Assembly: GCA_903901225.1 (NCBI GenBank)
Contig: CAIUQE010000009.1
Span: forward strand, 1 to 57,731
DNA from: Candidatus Omnitrophota bacterium
Lineage (GTDB): Bacteria > Omnitrophota > Gorgyraeia > Zapsychrales > Fredricksoniimonadaceae
DNA length: 57,731 nt
Direction: 5' to 3'
Positions 49,804 through 57,731 of this stretch are shown in pieces. Both the position numbers and the translations under genes were made by a program. Within the stretch, counting starts at the first letter, position 1; each line of letters opens with the position of its first letter. Under the pieces are notes generated by a model. It saw only the letters and a list, made by a program, of their open reading frames with translations. It was not told the origin of the DNA and ran no database searches.

Positions 49804-51630
49804 TCAGATCAAAAAAGCCTTCATGGTCTCATCCTGGACCGGCCCGAAATATTCCCGGCGATGCTCATTCGCGTAAAGCACAGCTTTGTGCTTATAAGAA
49901 AGATAATCGCGCATCATCCCCTGCAAACATTGTTTGATCTCCTCAGGAGCATAACACGCGCCACTTTGATCATCCCAGCCCAACGGGTCAATATTGATAT
50001 TGGTCTCACAGCCAACTTTAATGCAGGGTTTCCCTGAAAAAACAATATCAAGGACAGCCGAAGATGCGAGCACGATCCCGATGTCCGCAGATTCAAGGAG
50101 CGCTTTCATATCCCCTTTGACGACCGTCATCCAATCTTTTAAAATAACAGAACTGAACAGGTCATTCAAATCCTTTTCACGCATCATCGGATGCGGCTTG
50201 AAAATACATTTTAAACCCGGCATATCCTTAAGCGCCGCATACGTTTTCAGGACCATTTCACGGTTGGAGGACATGTCCAGAGAAAGCGGGATCAGTACGG
50301 TAAAATCTTTACCCGCAGGCCGCTGGCTTAGATCGGGCGTGTCCGCCATCAAATGTTTATAGCGCAGCGCCGGCCCTGTCAGAAGTCTTTCTCCGGGAAA
50401 ACCTTCCTGCTCAAGGATCTTTTTATAATAATTCCCGTTGCTTACGATCCGGTCAGGCAAAGCCAGGCGAGCCAGCTCACAGGCTGAAACGAACGAGCAC
50501 AACAAATTCGGCGAAAGGGCGAAGTGCTGATGTCCGATGGTGCGCGTCAAGGGGTAATGCTCCTTAAACCCCAGCTGGAACAGGCGCTCCGGCAGCATAT
50601 ATTCAAACGCATCCAAAAAATGGTCGATCCTGACGTTCCTGGCCGATAAATTCCTGACAAAATAATAATTAAGAACAGCCTCCTCAATAGCCAAAGACCC
50701 AATCTGCGCCCGCAGGAGCCTTGTGACATCCATCCCATCGACCAGCACTTTCCCAACGACTGCTTTTCTGCTCCGCCACATAACGCGAAGCGGCTGCACA
50801 TGATCGCTCCATGTCAAACAGGCTTCACGCGGCAAAACAGAGATCCCCTGACTTCCTGAAGCCAGGAGTTTCTTCATTGTCTTGAAAAAATCACGGACAG
50901 AAACATTGACCATCTCGGGAAAATAGAGCACCCGGTAGCCCTGTTTGACCAGCCACAAGGCCAAGCCCGGAAAATACCTGTCTACCAACTTCCCGTCCTT
51001 ATCAAAACAATTCTGATCGCCCCAGGTATGAATGGCATAAACCTTGCCTTCCAGCGGCGCCGCAGGAACCTGTTGGCTTAAACGCATGGCAAGCACATGC
51101 ATGATGCAGGAACGCAGTAAATACTTGAAAACGCCCACCCACCGTCCAGACGCGCCCTTTATCTCTCCGTAAGCCAGGGGTGCCCATGACCGATGCGTTC
51201 GGACCGCGGCACCTTGAGCGAGCGCTTCGTCCGCGATCGCCGCAAGCAGGGCCCGGTCATCTCCCAGGAAGGCAACGCACTCTTCCTTTTTCATCTTGCC
51301 GATAAGGTCGCGAGCGACCCTCAACCGGCAAACCATCAGGAAAAATTTGTTAACAAGAGTGTTCTTCTCAAGGATGCGGTTTGCCGCCCGGTCAAGCTTG
51401 CTGTTGCCGTCAAACAGCAGGGCAACACGGTCTATGAAAGGGCGTCGTAATGTTTTGGCCGCCTCATGGCAACGGCAACCAATCCCCTCGATCTTGAATG
51501 CCCCAATGGCGGCCAGGGAAGCAAGGCGGGAATAATCATCTCCCATATAAAAAAGCCGCGTGACACCTTCGGCCTTAACGATGTGCCTTATCCTGCTGTC
51601 AGCGACTTCTTCACCGATAAGAACGATCAT
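49804..51630 (-). CDS. Surface carbohydrate biosynthesis protein, putative ulosonate transferase (TIGR04326/LIC13510-like)
   Basis: About 608 aa; DRYFPGL, FEY..PER, GHQH, ALRY, KPHP in a C-terminal GT-B-like half. Family match from memory. Confidence 0.6.
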   Translation of the reverse strand: MIVLIGEEVADSRIRHIVKAEGVTRLFYMGDDYSRLASLAAIGAFKIEGIGCRCHEAAKTLRRPFIDRVALLFDGNSKLDRAANRILEKNTLVNKFFLMVCRLRVARDLIGKMKKEECVAFLGDDRALLAAIADEALAQGAAVRTHRSWAPLAYGEIKGASGRWVGVFKYLLRSCIMHVLAMRLSQQVPAAPLEGKVYAIHTWGDQNCFDKDGKLVDRYFPGLALWLVKQGYRVLYFPEMVNVSVRDFFKTMKKLLASGSQGISVLPREACLTWSDHVQPLRVMWRSRKAVVGKVLVDGMDVTRLLRAQIGSLAIEEAVLNYYFVRNLSARNVRIDHFLDAFEYMLPERLFQLGFKEHYPLTRTIGHQHFALSPNLLCSFVSACELARLALPDRIVSNGNYYKKILEQEGFPGERLLTGPALRYKHLMADTPDLSQRPAGKDFTVLIPLSLDMSSNREMVLKTYAALKDMPGLKCIFKPHPMMREKDLNDLFSSVILKDWMTVVKGDMKALLESADIGIVLASSAVLDIVFSGKPCIKVGCETNINIDPLGWDDQSGACYAPEEIKQCLQGMMRDYLSYKHKAVLYANEHRREYFGPVQDETMKAFLI

Positions 51631-51673
51631 GCCGCCCTTTTTATTGGAAAGCAAAAAAATATGTGTTTCAGGA

Positions 51674-52438
51674 TCAAGCTCCTTGCACGCGGATATCGGC
51701 GACCGTTTCAACAACATACGGCGTCAGGGATAATAGTTTTTCTTTGGAAGTTATGCCCGCATACAAACCAATGGCAGCCTTCACCCCGGCCTGCAGCCCC
51801 ATGCGCACATCGGTCTCGGCATCCCCCACCATCACGATATCCTTGAGCGCAATCCCTGTCTTTCCGGAAATGAGCTGGAGCATCTCAGGGTCGGGCTTGG
51901 AGTTCTTGACCTGATCGGCCCCGACAACAATATCGATCAACGCCTCAACACCCAGGAATTTCATGGCCACCCACGCGCGATCGGTCCTGTCCGTCGTCGC
52001 GATCGCGATCAGGCCCCCAAGTCCCTTGATCTGCCGGAGCAACGCCACCGCTCCGGGAATGGGCTTGATAAACATGGACAGCTGCCGCGCGGAAAATTCA
52101 TCCACGTCCTTAAAGATCCGGAAACAAACCTCCTGGGCATTTTCCCCATTCTTTGTGACAACATATTCCTCAGCCGCTGCCTGCACGAAAGAACGCGGCA
52201 GGATCCCCACAGGCCCTTGCGGCAACAAACGTTGCCGGGCTACATCCACGCCCATGGCAAGCATCATGGCCTTCTTGTCGAGATCCATGTCAAAATGATA
52301 ATGCCTGCAAATACCTTCCGCGCGCAAAGCGACCATGTTGGCCCAATAATGGTACAGGTCGATCAAAGTCCCGTCCTTATCAAAACAGAACAGCTTCACG
52401 CCCTTGATCACATTTCCGTTGACTGAAATATCTACCAT
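51674..52438 (-). CDS. HAD-superfamily phosphatase
   Basis: FDKDGTLID (DxD), KPDP, VGDAETD. Confidence 0.9.
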   Translation of the reverse strand: MVDISVNGNVIKGVKLFCFDKDGTLIDLYHYWANMVALRAEGICRHYHFDMDLDKKAMMLAMGVDVARQRLLPQGPVGILPRSFVQAAAEEYVVTKNGENAQEVCFRIFKDVDEFSARQLSMFIKPIPGAVALLRQIKGLGGLIAIATTDRTDRAWVAMKFLGVEALIDIVVGADQVKNSKPDPEMLQLISGKTGIALKDIVMVGDAETDVRMGLQAGVKAAIGLYAGITSKEKLLSLTPYVVETVADIRVQGA

Positions 52439-53442
52439 ATCGGCTCACCGATATTGTCATGGACAAGTTGATCCGCGATCCTGACCGCATTTTCAATATG
52501 GACGGCCTTCTCCCAGAAATCAACGGCTTCAATATCTTTTCTGATGATCTTGCGCGCGAAAGTGCCGATAGCAACGCCATCGAACCTGACACCGCACAGA
52601 TCAGCCAGTTCCGCCGTGCGGCTGTTGGTCCCCCCTGACAAAAGGACCCTGACCTTGACACCGCTTTTCATGACCACGTCCGCCACGGCTATGGCCTGCA
52701 GCGTCGTGTTAAAATCATCCGCGCCGCCGCTCATCGGGACACCGTCAGCCTGAACGATGAACCGCTCACCGGAAACCAGGCGCGCTTTCTTGACACGGTC
52801 CATGAACTGGGTATTTCCCAAATTGAGCCTGTCGAGGCACATGCTGACATAATTATCCGGTATGATCTCGTTGACCATGCGCCACTCATCCGCGATCACA
52901 TCCGTATCCGTCACCGCCGCGTGCAACTCCAGTTGCTCAGCACCCGCCTGCCGGCACTCCAGCAACAGGGACTTTAAATTACGGTCCTGGTGCTGGAATT
53001 TGATGGCATCGACCGGACATACAGCCGCACAAATACCACAGCCGATGCACTTCTTCTGAATGACGACGATCTCTTCCTCGATCGCCATTTGGGGACAAAC
53101 CTTGCGGCACTGCCCGCATTTGACGCAGGCCACCGTAATAAAGGCCTTGCGGACATGAGGATCGCCCGCCATGCCAATACTGACATTGATGAAAGGACGG
53201 ATCATGATCTTCCGCCCTAACTTTGCCGCATAAGCCTGCGCTTTATCGATGCCCTGCATCGCATGCCTGACCACATCCACATTCGCCGACACGTCAAATA
53301 ATTTTGCCCCAGCGAGCGTATAAATAAAAACAAGCTTTTCAACCTCAAGGGCATCTTCATTGCCGGCGCCGCACACCAGCTTGAAAAGTTTCCTTTGGTC
53401 GAACAATGAACTCGCAACCTCAAATCTTGTCATGGCATCCAT
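52432..53442 (-). CDS. LdpA-family 4Fe-4S dicluster protein
   Basis: FKLVCGA, YTLAGA, DPHVRKA, CVKCGQCRKVCP, CIGCGICAAVCP, QADGVPMSG, SGGTN, GVAIGTFAR match conserved blocks of cyanobacterial LdpA as I recall them. Confidence 0.82.
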   Translation of the reverse strand: MDAMTRFEVASSLFDQRKLFKLVCGAGNEDALEVEKLVFIYTLAGAKLFDVSANVDVVRHAMQGIDKAQAYAAKLGRKIMIRPFINVSIGMAGDPHVRKAFITVACVKCGQCRKVCPQMAIEEEIVVIQKKCIGCGICAAVCPVDAIKFQHQDRNLKSLLLECRQAGAEQLELHAAVTDTDVIADEWRMVNEIIPDNYVSMCLDRLNLGNTQFMDRVKKARLVSGERFIVQADGVPMSGGADDFNTTLQAIAVADVVMKSGVKVRVLLSGGTNSRTAELADLCGVRFDGVAIGTFARKIIRKDIEAVDFWEKAVHIENAVRIADQLVHDNIGEPIW

Positions 53443-53464
53443 CCTCTATCATCTGATCCCAGGT

Positions 53465-54241
53465 TCAAAGAGCACGCCTGCGCAAATCTTTAATGATGTC
53501 GCGATAGGCATTAAGGACAATGGTCGTATCCAGCATGTATGTCAGATACCGGGCCCCGCTCTCACACAGGATGTCAAAATATTCCTTGTCCCCGGCGAAC
53601 GAACCATAGACCAATCCCGCATCCTGGATGAGCTTGGCGCTTGACCGGACAAGACGGACAACTTCTTCGTCTTTCGTTTGCCCCGGCTTGCCCAAAGATT
53701 GCGAGAGATCATACGGGCCGATGAAAACAACATCAAGCCCCTTGACCTTCACAATATCCTTCAGGTTCCGTATGCCCTCGACCCCCTCAATATGCACCAC
53801 GACCATGGTGTTCTTGTTGGCCTCCTCAGCATGCGTCGGCGCCCTTAAGCCGTAACTTCCCGCCCGGGTAAAAGGCGAATAACCGCGTTCTCCCAGAGGA
53901 TGATATTTGGAATATTTGACCGCGCGTTGCGCGTCACCGGATGTCGCCACATGAGGGATGTGGACCCCGTGGGCGCCGATATCCAGCGCCCTGAGGATAA
54001 CATGATCTTCATTGGTCGGGACACGCACCAGCGGAACAAGGCCGCATCCTTCCGCCACGCGCGCCATGTCCTGGGCTGTTTCCATACCGAGCGGCCCGTG
54101 CTCCGCGTCCAGGACGATAAAGTCCAGCCCGCTGTGAGCAATAATTTCAACAAGACCCGTCGAAGGGATGCTGCACCACGATCCCAATACTTTCTTGCCC
54201 GCCATCAATTTATCTTTAATGCCATTTGCCTTGCTCGTCAT
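53465..54241 (-). CDS. HpcH/HpaI family class II pyruvate aldolase
   Basis: DAEHGP, VRVP, LDIGAHG, HPLGERG, IEG, FIGPYDLSQSLG; ATGA-coupled to the upstream kdsB-like gene. Confidence 0.9.
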   Translation of the reverse strand: MTSKANGIKDKLMAGKKVLGSWCSIPSTGLVEIIAHSGLDFIVLDAEHGPLGMETAQDMARVAEGCGLVPLVRVPTNEDHVILRALDIGAHGVHIPHVATSGDAQRAVKYSKYHPLGERGYSPFTRAGSYGLRAPTHAEEANKNTMVVVHIEGVEGIRNLKDIVKVKGLDVVFIGPYDLSQSLGKPGQTKDEEVVRLVRSSAKLIQDAGLVYGSFAGDKEYFDILCESGARYLTYMLDTTIVLNAYRDIIKDLRRRAL

Positions 54242-54987
54242 ACGCACCCTTTTCTGTATTGTTCAACCAGTTTATCTTTACGCATAAGACCGCGAACAAC
54301 CTCAAGGTCCGCCGGAGTGTCGACACTGATATCCGCGTGCGCCACACGGACCGCCTTGATCTTGTGTCCATTCTCCAATATCCTGAGGTACTCATTGAAC
54401 TCGACCTTCTCCAGGGGGGTCTGCTCCCATGACGTATATTGAAAAAGGAAAGCTTTGCGGAAAGGGACAATGAAACTCATCTTCCACATGGTCTTGACCG
54501 GCGTGCGGGCCTCGCTCGGCAAATCTGTCCGCGAGCAATACATGATGAAATCATGAAGGTCCAGGACAGCCTTGATATCAGAACCGCTGTTCTTGACCTC
54601 ATAGGGCGTGACCAAAACCGCAACCTGGACCGCCGGATCAGCCTCAAGCGCGTCCACCGCCCGTGTCACATGATCCGGGTTAAGCAACGGCTCATCTCCC
54701 TGGATATTCACGATAATGTCCGCCTCGATCTTCCTCGCCGCTTCCGCGATACGGTCAGACCCTGTCTTATGCGCACGGCTGGTCATGATCACTTTGCCGC
54801 CAAACCCCTCGACCACGGCCTTGATCCGTTCGCTGTCCGTTGCCACATAAAGCTCATCCAAAGCCGGTGACATGCGCGCGCGGCAATACGTATGCCCGAT
54901 CATGGGCATGCCGCAAATATAAGCCAATGCTTTCTCGGGTAAACGCGATGATTCAAGACGAACGGGAATGATGCCGGCAACTTTCAT
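54238..54987 (-). CDS. kdsB: CMP-ulosonate synthetase, KdsB-like
   Basis: IIPVRLESSRLPEKAL, VATD, TGSDRIAEA, VNIQGDEPL, LRILENG, SVDTPADL. Confidence 0.85.
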   Translation of the reverse strand: MKVAGIIPVRLESSRLPEKALAYICGMPMIGHTYCRARMSPALDELYVATDSERIKAVVEGFGGKVIMTSRAHKTGSDRIAEAARKIEADIIVNIQGDEPLLNPDHVTRAVDALEADPAVQVAVLVTPYEVKNSGSDIKAVLDLHDFIMYCSRTDLPSEARTPVKTMWKMSFIVPFRKAFLFQYTSWEQTPLEKVEFNEYLRILENGHKIKAVRVAHADISVDTPADLEVVRGLMRKDKLVEQYRKGCV

Positions 54988-55020
54988 AAACACCCCTGCT
55001 TAACTCATAAGCCTGAATTA

Positions 55021-56427
55021 TTACTTGATCAACTGGACATTCGGCAAAAATATCTTTTTGACACGCACCAACTTTTTTCCTACATAAGTCCGCTTGAAAG
55101 TATTTAACAAACGCTTAAACCAATGCTTGTTATAAATTATATCTTCCCAATTATCACGATAATAACGTAACTTTCCCCTGAATTCCTTCGAATATTTCAA
55201 TACTGAATCCCTGCGTTCATTGGAAAACATATTGTAAAGCTTCTCATCAACAAGGCCCTCATCAAAACACCGGTCTCCAAGGACCGTGCCCTTATAAGGA
55301 TAAAAAATATTAACGCCACTGGACGTAAGTTTTAATTCCTGATTAAGCCGGATAGTATCCAGGATCATTTCTTCTGTTTCTCCTGGCACACCGATGATAT
55401 TCAAAGCATTTGTTTCCAACCCGAATTTTTGTGCCGCACGGAACGCCTTAACGATCATGTCCCTTGGCATCTGTCGATTCATGACCTTGTTGCGGACAAA
55501 ATCATTGCCTGACTCCACACCGATCGAAACCCTGTAACAACCCGCGTCCTTTAACAAACCGGCAAATTCCTCATCCACCACATTCGCGCGCAAGAAACAC
55601 ATGAAGGGTATCCCGATCCTTTGCTTGTACTTTTCACAAAATTCTTTCCGCCATTTCTTATCAAGTCCAAAAAGATCATCCGTGATCATGATCTTCTCCA
55701 TACCGAATCTTTCCCTTGTCTCTTCGATCTCACGGATGCTGGCCTCAGGACTACGATAACGGGGGATGTTGCTGATCCTTCCATATCGTTTGGCAATCGC
55801 ATGATTACTGCAATAGGAACATGAAAACGGGCATCCTCTGGAAAATAAAAACGTGGCATACCCAATATTTTTTATTGTTTCTCCAAAAGGGTAAACTTCG
55901 CGGTCAGGCGGCGGAAGTTCTTCCAGATTTTCAATCAAAGGCATAAGGCCATTTTGCGCCAGTTTCCCATTGACGCCATACGCGATATTCGGCGTTGTTT
56001 TCCAATCCTTCCCCTGCTCTACACAATTCATGAATTCTACAAATGCTTTTTCCGATTCACCCATGAAAAAGACATCAAGATGCTTGGACTCCAAAATACT
56101 TGCGGGCGCGATCGTTGGATGAACACCGCCACACACCGTCATGATGCCAGGATCCACTTCTTTGATCTTGTGTGCCAGTTCCTTGACAAAATGGAACTGT
56201 GAAGACACGGAAGAAAAACCGACGACATGTGGCGAAAACGTCTTTATTTCCGCGGTCACATGTTTAAACTCATCCCGCGACCGGATGATCAGTATCTTAC
56301 ATTCATAACCTGCCGCCCGGGAGGAACTCATGATAGAGGCTAATCCAAAAGAATAACAATCGTCATGAAACCCGTTAATATTCGTATAAATGAACAAAAT
56401 CCTGCTCTTCTTTGAAACGTTTTCCAT
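55021..56427 (-). CDS. Cobalamin-binding radical SAM protein (class B methyltransferase-like)
   Basis: N-terminal B12 domain (VGFSSVS, GGVHPT), RGCPFSCSYC (CxxxCxxC), GVESG, IIGVPGET. Confidence 0.9.
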   Translation of the reverse strand: MENVSKKSRILFIYTNINGFHDDCYSFGLASIMSSSRAAGYECKILIIRSRDEFKHVTAEIKTFSPHVVGFSSVSSQFHFVKELAHKIKEVDPGIMTVCGGVHPTIAPASILESKHLDVFFMGESEKAFVEFMNCVEQGKDWKTTPNIAYGVNGKLAQNGLMPLIENLEELPPPDREVYPFGETIKNIGYATFLFSRGCPFSCSYCSNHAIAKRYGRISNIPRYRSPEASIREIEETRERFGMEKIMITDDLFGLDKKWRKEFCEKYKQRIGIPFMCFLRANVVDEEFAGLLKDAGCYRVSIGVESGNDFVRNKVMNRQMPRDMIVKAFRAAQKFGLETNALNIIGVPGETEEMILDTIRLNQELKLTSSGVNIFYPYKGTVLGDRCFDEGLVDEKLYNMFSNERRDSVLKYSKEFRGKLRYYRDNWEDIIYNKHWFKRLLNTFKRTYVGKKLVRVKKIFLPNVQLIK

Positions 56428-56457
56428 CTTGTTCCCCCTTAAATATATTCGCCCCTG

Positions 56458-57537
56458 TTAAAGCGCCCGCGGGCGCGCGAACAACTTCGCGACAGCCTCG
56501 GGCTGTGAATGCATCCCGTCAAAGAACCCGTCATGCGTCAATGAATACACCGAAGGATCATACGATCCAAAAACCTTGATATTATTGCGCCGGGCAAATG
56601 AGATCAGGTATTGTTCCGACGCCAGGACCATTGTGTATTTCGGATCAGTCGACAAGACCTGATACACGCGCGGATGATACGGCGGCAAATAGAGCGACAC
56701 CTTGACCCCATCATCGCGCAGCCTCTGAACGAATTTCTCGAACATCAGCAAATATCGGGGATCAAGCCTGGAATACTCCCCAAGGGAATAAATATTATTT
56801 CCCCCGACGCTCTTCAGCACATCCCGATCGACCTCGGCGATCGGGCGCAAGCGTATATCCCTGCCATAATGATAGGCCCCATCGGCCCTCTTGATGGGAA
56901 GGTCCGCAAGATCAACGGTAACGGCGCTGAACATGTCCGGCTTCCCGGCCATTCGCTGGGCAATGCTTTTTAACGATGCCTGGAAATAAACAACCGAAAA
57001 CAACTCCGCTCCCTGCAAGAAACGATTGGCCGCTCCTCCGAAACGCCGGCGTCCGGTCACATCGCATGAGATCTCGGACATCCCTTTCTTGTAGTCAGAA
57101 AATATATTCTTCCAACGTTGCTGCCCATGATGCGCATTGAACACCCATGGATCGATCCCTAAAACAATCTCCCGCGGGATCAGATCTCTTTCCCTGTAAA
57201 GATGGTAGATCGCGATATAGTCTTCCAATGCTCCGCCTGAGACCGAACTGTTAAATACCGTTTCCCCCGGGAACTGTTCCTGCCCGAGCTGCATGGAACG
57301 GCTCGATCCGAGTATCACCAGATCCTTGGGCACTTTCAGCCCCTGAACATACGCCTTCTGCAAGCCTCTTTCATCAAAATCCTCGACATTCAGCGCATTC
57401 TTTCCGGACAAAAGAAGCCGGGCCAATTTCTTTTCATACTGGTTATTAAAAAAAAGATGCGCGGGATCCCCAATGGCATTGACGATCACTATCAGTAAGA
57501 CCACCGGCACGAACAACAATAACTTGCGAAAAAACAT
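56458..57537 (-). CDS. SGNH-like putative O-acyltransferase partner protein (DltD/AlgJ-like)
   Basis: N-terminal TM anchor, ILGSSRS, NSSVSG, DGMH (DxxH). The start is uncertain (57537, 57552 or 57558). Confidence 0.65.
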   Translation of the reverse strand: MFFRKLLLFVPVVLLIVIVNAIGDPAHLFFNNQYEKKLARLLLSGKNALNVEDFDERGLQKAYVQGLKVPKDLVILGSSRSMQLGQEQFPGETVFNSSVSGGALEDYIAIYHLYRERDLIPREIVLGIDPWVFNAHHGQQRWKNIFSDYKKGMSEISCDVTGRRRFGGAANRFLQGAELFSVVYFQASLKSIAQRMAGKPDMFSAVTVDLADLPIKRADGAYHYGRDIRLRPIAEVDRDVLKSVGGNNIYSLGEYSRLDPRYLLMFEKFVQRLRDDGVKVSLYLPPYHPRVYQVLSTDPKYTMVLASEQYLISFARRNNIKVFGSYDPSVYSLTHDGFFDGMHSQPEAVAKLFARPRAL

Positions 57538-57731
57538 TTTCGGTCCCGACATCGACATCACCGGCCTTAAAATTGAAAATATATAAATGAGGCTCTTTAG
57601 CAGAATCTGTGGGTAAGAAAGAGCATTCTTGATCAACGGGTTAGTGTGGATCGCCCGATACATACTCCCATTAGCAAGCTCAACTGATCAGGACTTTTGC
57701 ATAACCCTTATCCGGCGCGATGAACAAGGAA

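Noticed and set aside
52432-53442. Circadian clock locus
   Set aside because: No kaiA, kaiB, kaiC, sasA or cikA in the window; all neighbours are sugar enzymes.

Overview
Bacterial chromosomal window in which every supportable gene lies on the minus strand. The lineage is probably Candidatus Omnitrophota (inference from the first, partial ORF, whose N-terminal domain I associate with that phylum's large secreted proteins; not verified). From 1 to 33 kb it is housekeeping: a partial large secreted protein, a hypothetical gene, a candidate structured RNA, plsY-pgsA-lipoprotein-lepB-lepA-cmk-tyrA-hisC-pheA-scpB-ruvA-ruvC-yebC, RNase P RNA overlapping rnhA, a C4 zinc-ribbon gene, a 49-bp tandem palindromic repeat, tRNA-Val(CAC), tRNA-Ile2(CAT), rpoD-dnaG-cvpA, smc with an HTH gene, glgC, a GT-C/TPR membrane protein, an Opp/Dpp ABC transporter, secG, tpiA and pgk. 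From 33 kb to the end is a large surface-polysaccharide locus that continues beyond the window: two O-antigen ligase-like genes, a priming transferase, WecG/TagA, several glycosyltransferases, rmlAB, a CDP-sugar/aminotransferase block, and a lower-GC block (radical SAM, KdsB-like, HpcH aldolase, LdpA homologue, HAD phosphatase, putative ulosonate transferase). The best candidate for an undescribed system is this last block: it looks like a KdsA/NeuB-independent ulosonic-acid pathway that uses a homologue of the cyanobacterial circadian Fe-S protein LdpA. Second is an SMC whose hinge appears reduced to about 70 aa. All family assignments come from motif recognition by eye; no searches were run.
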